Positions 63,049-64,000 of a stretch of DNA of 64,000 bases are shown here, in pieces. The notes beneath the pieces were generated by a model. The model did not search any database. It had not been told where the DNA came from and saw only the letters and a list, made by a program, of their open reading frames with translations. Origin of the DNA: Trichinella spiralis (Eukaryota); contig NW_003526941.1 of assembly GCF_000181795.1 (NCBI RefSeq), forward strand, positions 3,869,348 through 3,933,347, in the 5' to 3' direction. Positions within the stretch are counted from its first letter, which is position 1. Each line of letters starts with the position of its first letter. Position numbers and translations under genes: made by a program.

Positions 63049-64000
63049 TTACTGCCGACAAGCGGACCGTGATCTTCTTCGTGAATGCAAGCCGAAAAAG
63101 TCGTCTCCTACCGACGGCAAACAAGGAGGTGAGCCGCGGTGATGAGAACTGTTGTTGATGTTGACGAACGGCCCTTGTGTATCCACGTTCAGAAACAAAT
63201 CCATACTTTCACCGTCGAACAGCAAACTGCCGGCGAAATCGGTCAGCTCGTTCTTGGTCGAGTCAAGTCTGACACCGTCAACATCCAAAAAGTCACTAGG
63301 AAACAAACTGGACGAGGCGACATCTTCCAGAAGCATCTGATGGAAGCTATCCAAGCAAGACGATGTCTGCTGTTCGTTTAGCTGCTGTTGCTGTTGTTGT
63401 TGTTGTTGCTGCTGCTGCTGTTGCTGTTGGTGTTGGTGCTGTTGCTCCTCTTCAGCAATGTTCAGCTCATAGCTTTGCCTCTGATTGTTGCTATTATTAG
63501 CGACGTTGCCGTTGATCACCGCCGTCGGCCCACCACCGCCGCTACTGTTAGTGCTACTGCTAACTGTCGCCTCGTCCAACGTGGTCGGATGCATACGACG
63601 TTGGTGCTCCTTGAGCTTATCTCGTCCTAGCGGGTGGAAAAAAATTACAATGCAAACTCATGGNAGAACGGGTTTCACTTCCCANAATGAAATCCGTCTC
63701 GTGACGGGACCCAAGTGGTGACTTTTCCAAAAAATGCTTTGGCCGCAATTTTGAACAGGGAAAATTTCTTCTCGCCAGCGTGGGGTTCTCAAATGGCCAA
63801 TCAAGTGGGAACGTTTGGCAGCGAAAAAGTTACAATGCGGCTCTTTGCAGCGGAACACATTTCCCGAATGGATTCTCTTGTGCGTTTGCAAATGGGACCT
63901 GTACTTGCTTATGAAACCGCAATGTTCACAGTGGTATGGTCTGAGGGTATCGTGTGAGCGCATGTGGATCTGCAATCTTCGTTTGCTTGAAAAACTATTA
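63049..64000 (-). CDS. C2H2 zinc-finger protein, 3' part only, with polyQ and acidic C-terminal region
   Basis: HMRSHDTLRPYHCEHCGFISKYRSHLQTHKRIH and CKEPHCNFFAAKRSHLIGHLR fingers. Last exon has a polyQ run and stops at 63049. Sequence around 63660-63790 contains Ns and probable errors. Confidence 0.75.

Noticed and set aside
63388..63721. Poly-Leu ORFs resembling signal peptides
   Set aside because: Antisense reading of the CAG/CAA polyQ tract of the zinc-finger gene.

Overview
AT-rich, gene-dense eukaryotic DNA with many 40-90 nt GT-AG introns. It is most consistent with a clade I nematode such as Trichinella; this is inferred from intron style, gene content and a plant-type cyanase. I reconstructed 14 protein-coding genes by hand, in order: a Cys-loop ligand-gated channel subunit (+), an SLC22-type transporter (-), villin (+), an intronless cyanase (-), an LDLa/CUB single-pass membrane protein (+), SGTA (-), a PRMT6-like methyltransferase (-) with a Ly6/uPAR gene nested antisense in a 4-kb intron, two tandem collagen prolyl 4-hydroxylase alpha genes (+), a secreted MAM-domain protein (-), USO1/p115 (-), an M3 oligopeptidase-like protein lacking HExxH (+) and DcpS (+, spans a gap). 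A partial C2H2/polyQ gene (-) lies at the right edge. The most striking feature is in the P4H pair. The second gene has three tandem pairs of duplicated, apparently mutually exclusive exons across its catalytic domain (up to 8 isoforms). Two long intronic inverted repeats flank these exons and could enforce exclusion of one pair and couple the choice between two pairs. The first gene keeps one such pair, separated by only 35 nt. All exon structures are manual, without transcript evidence.
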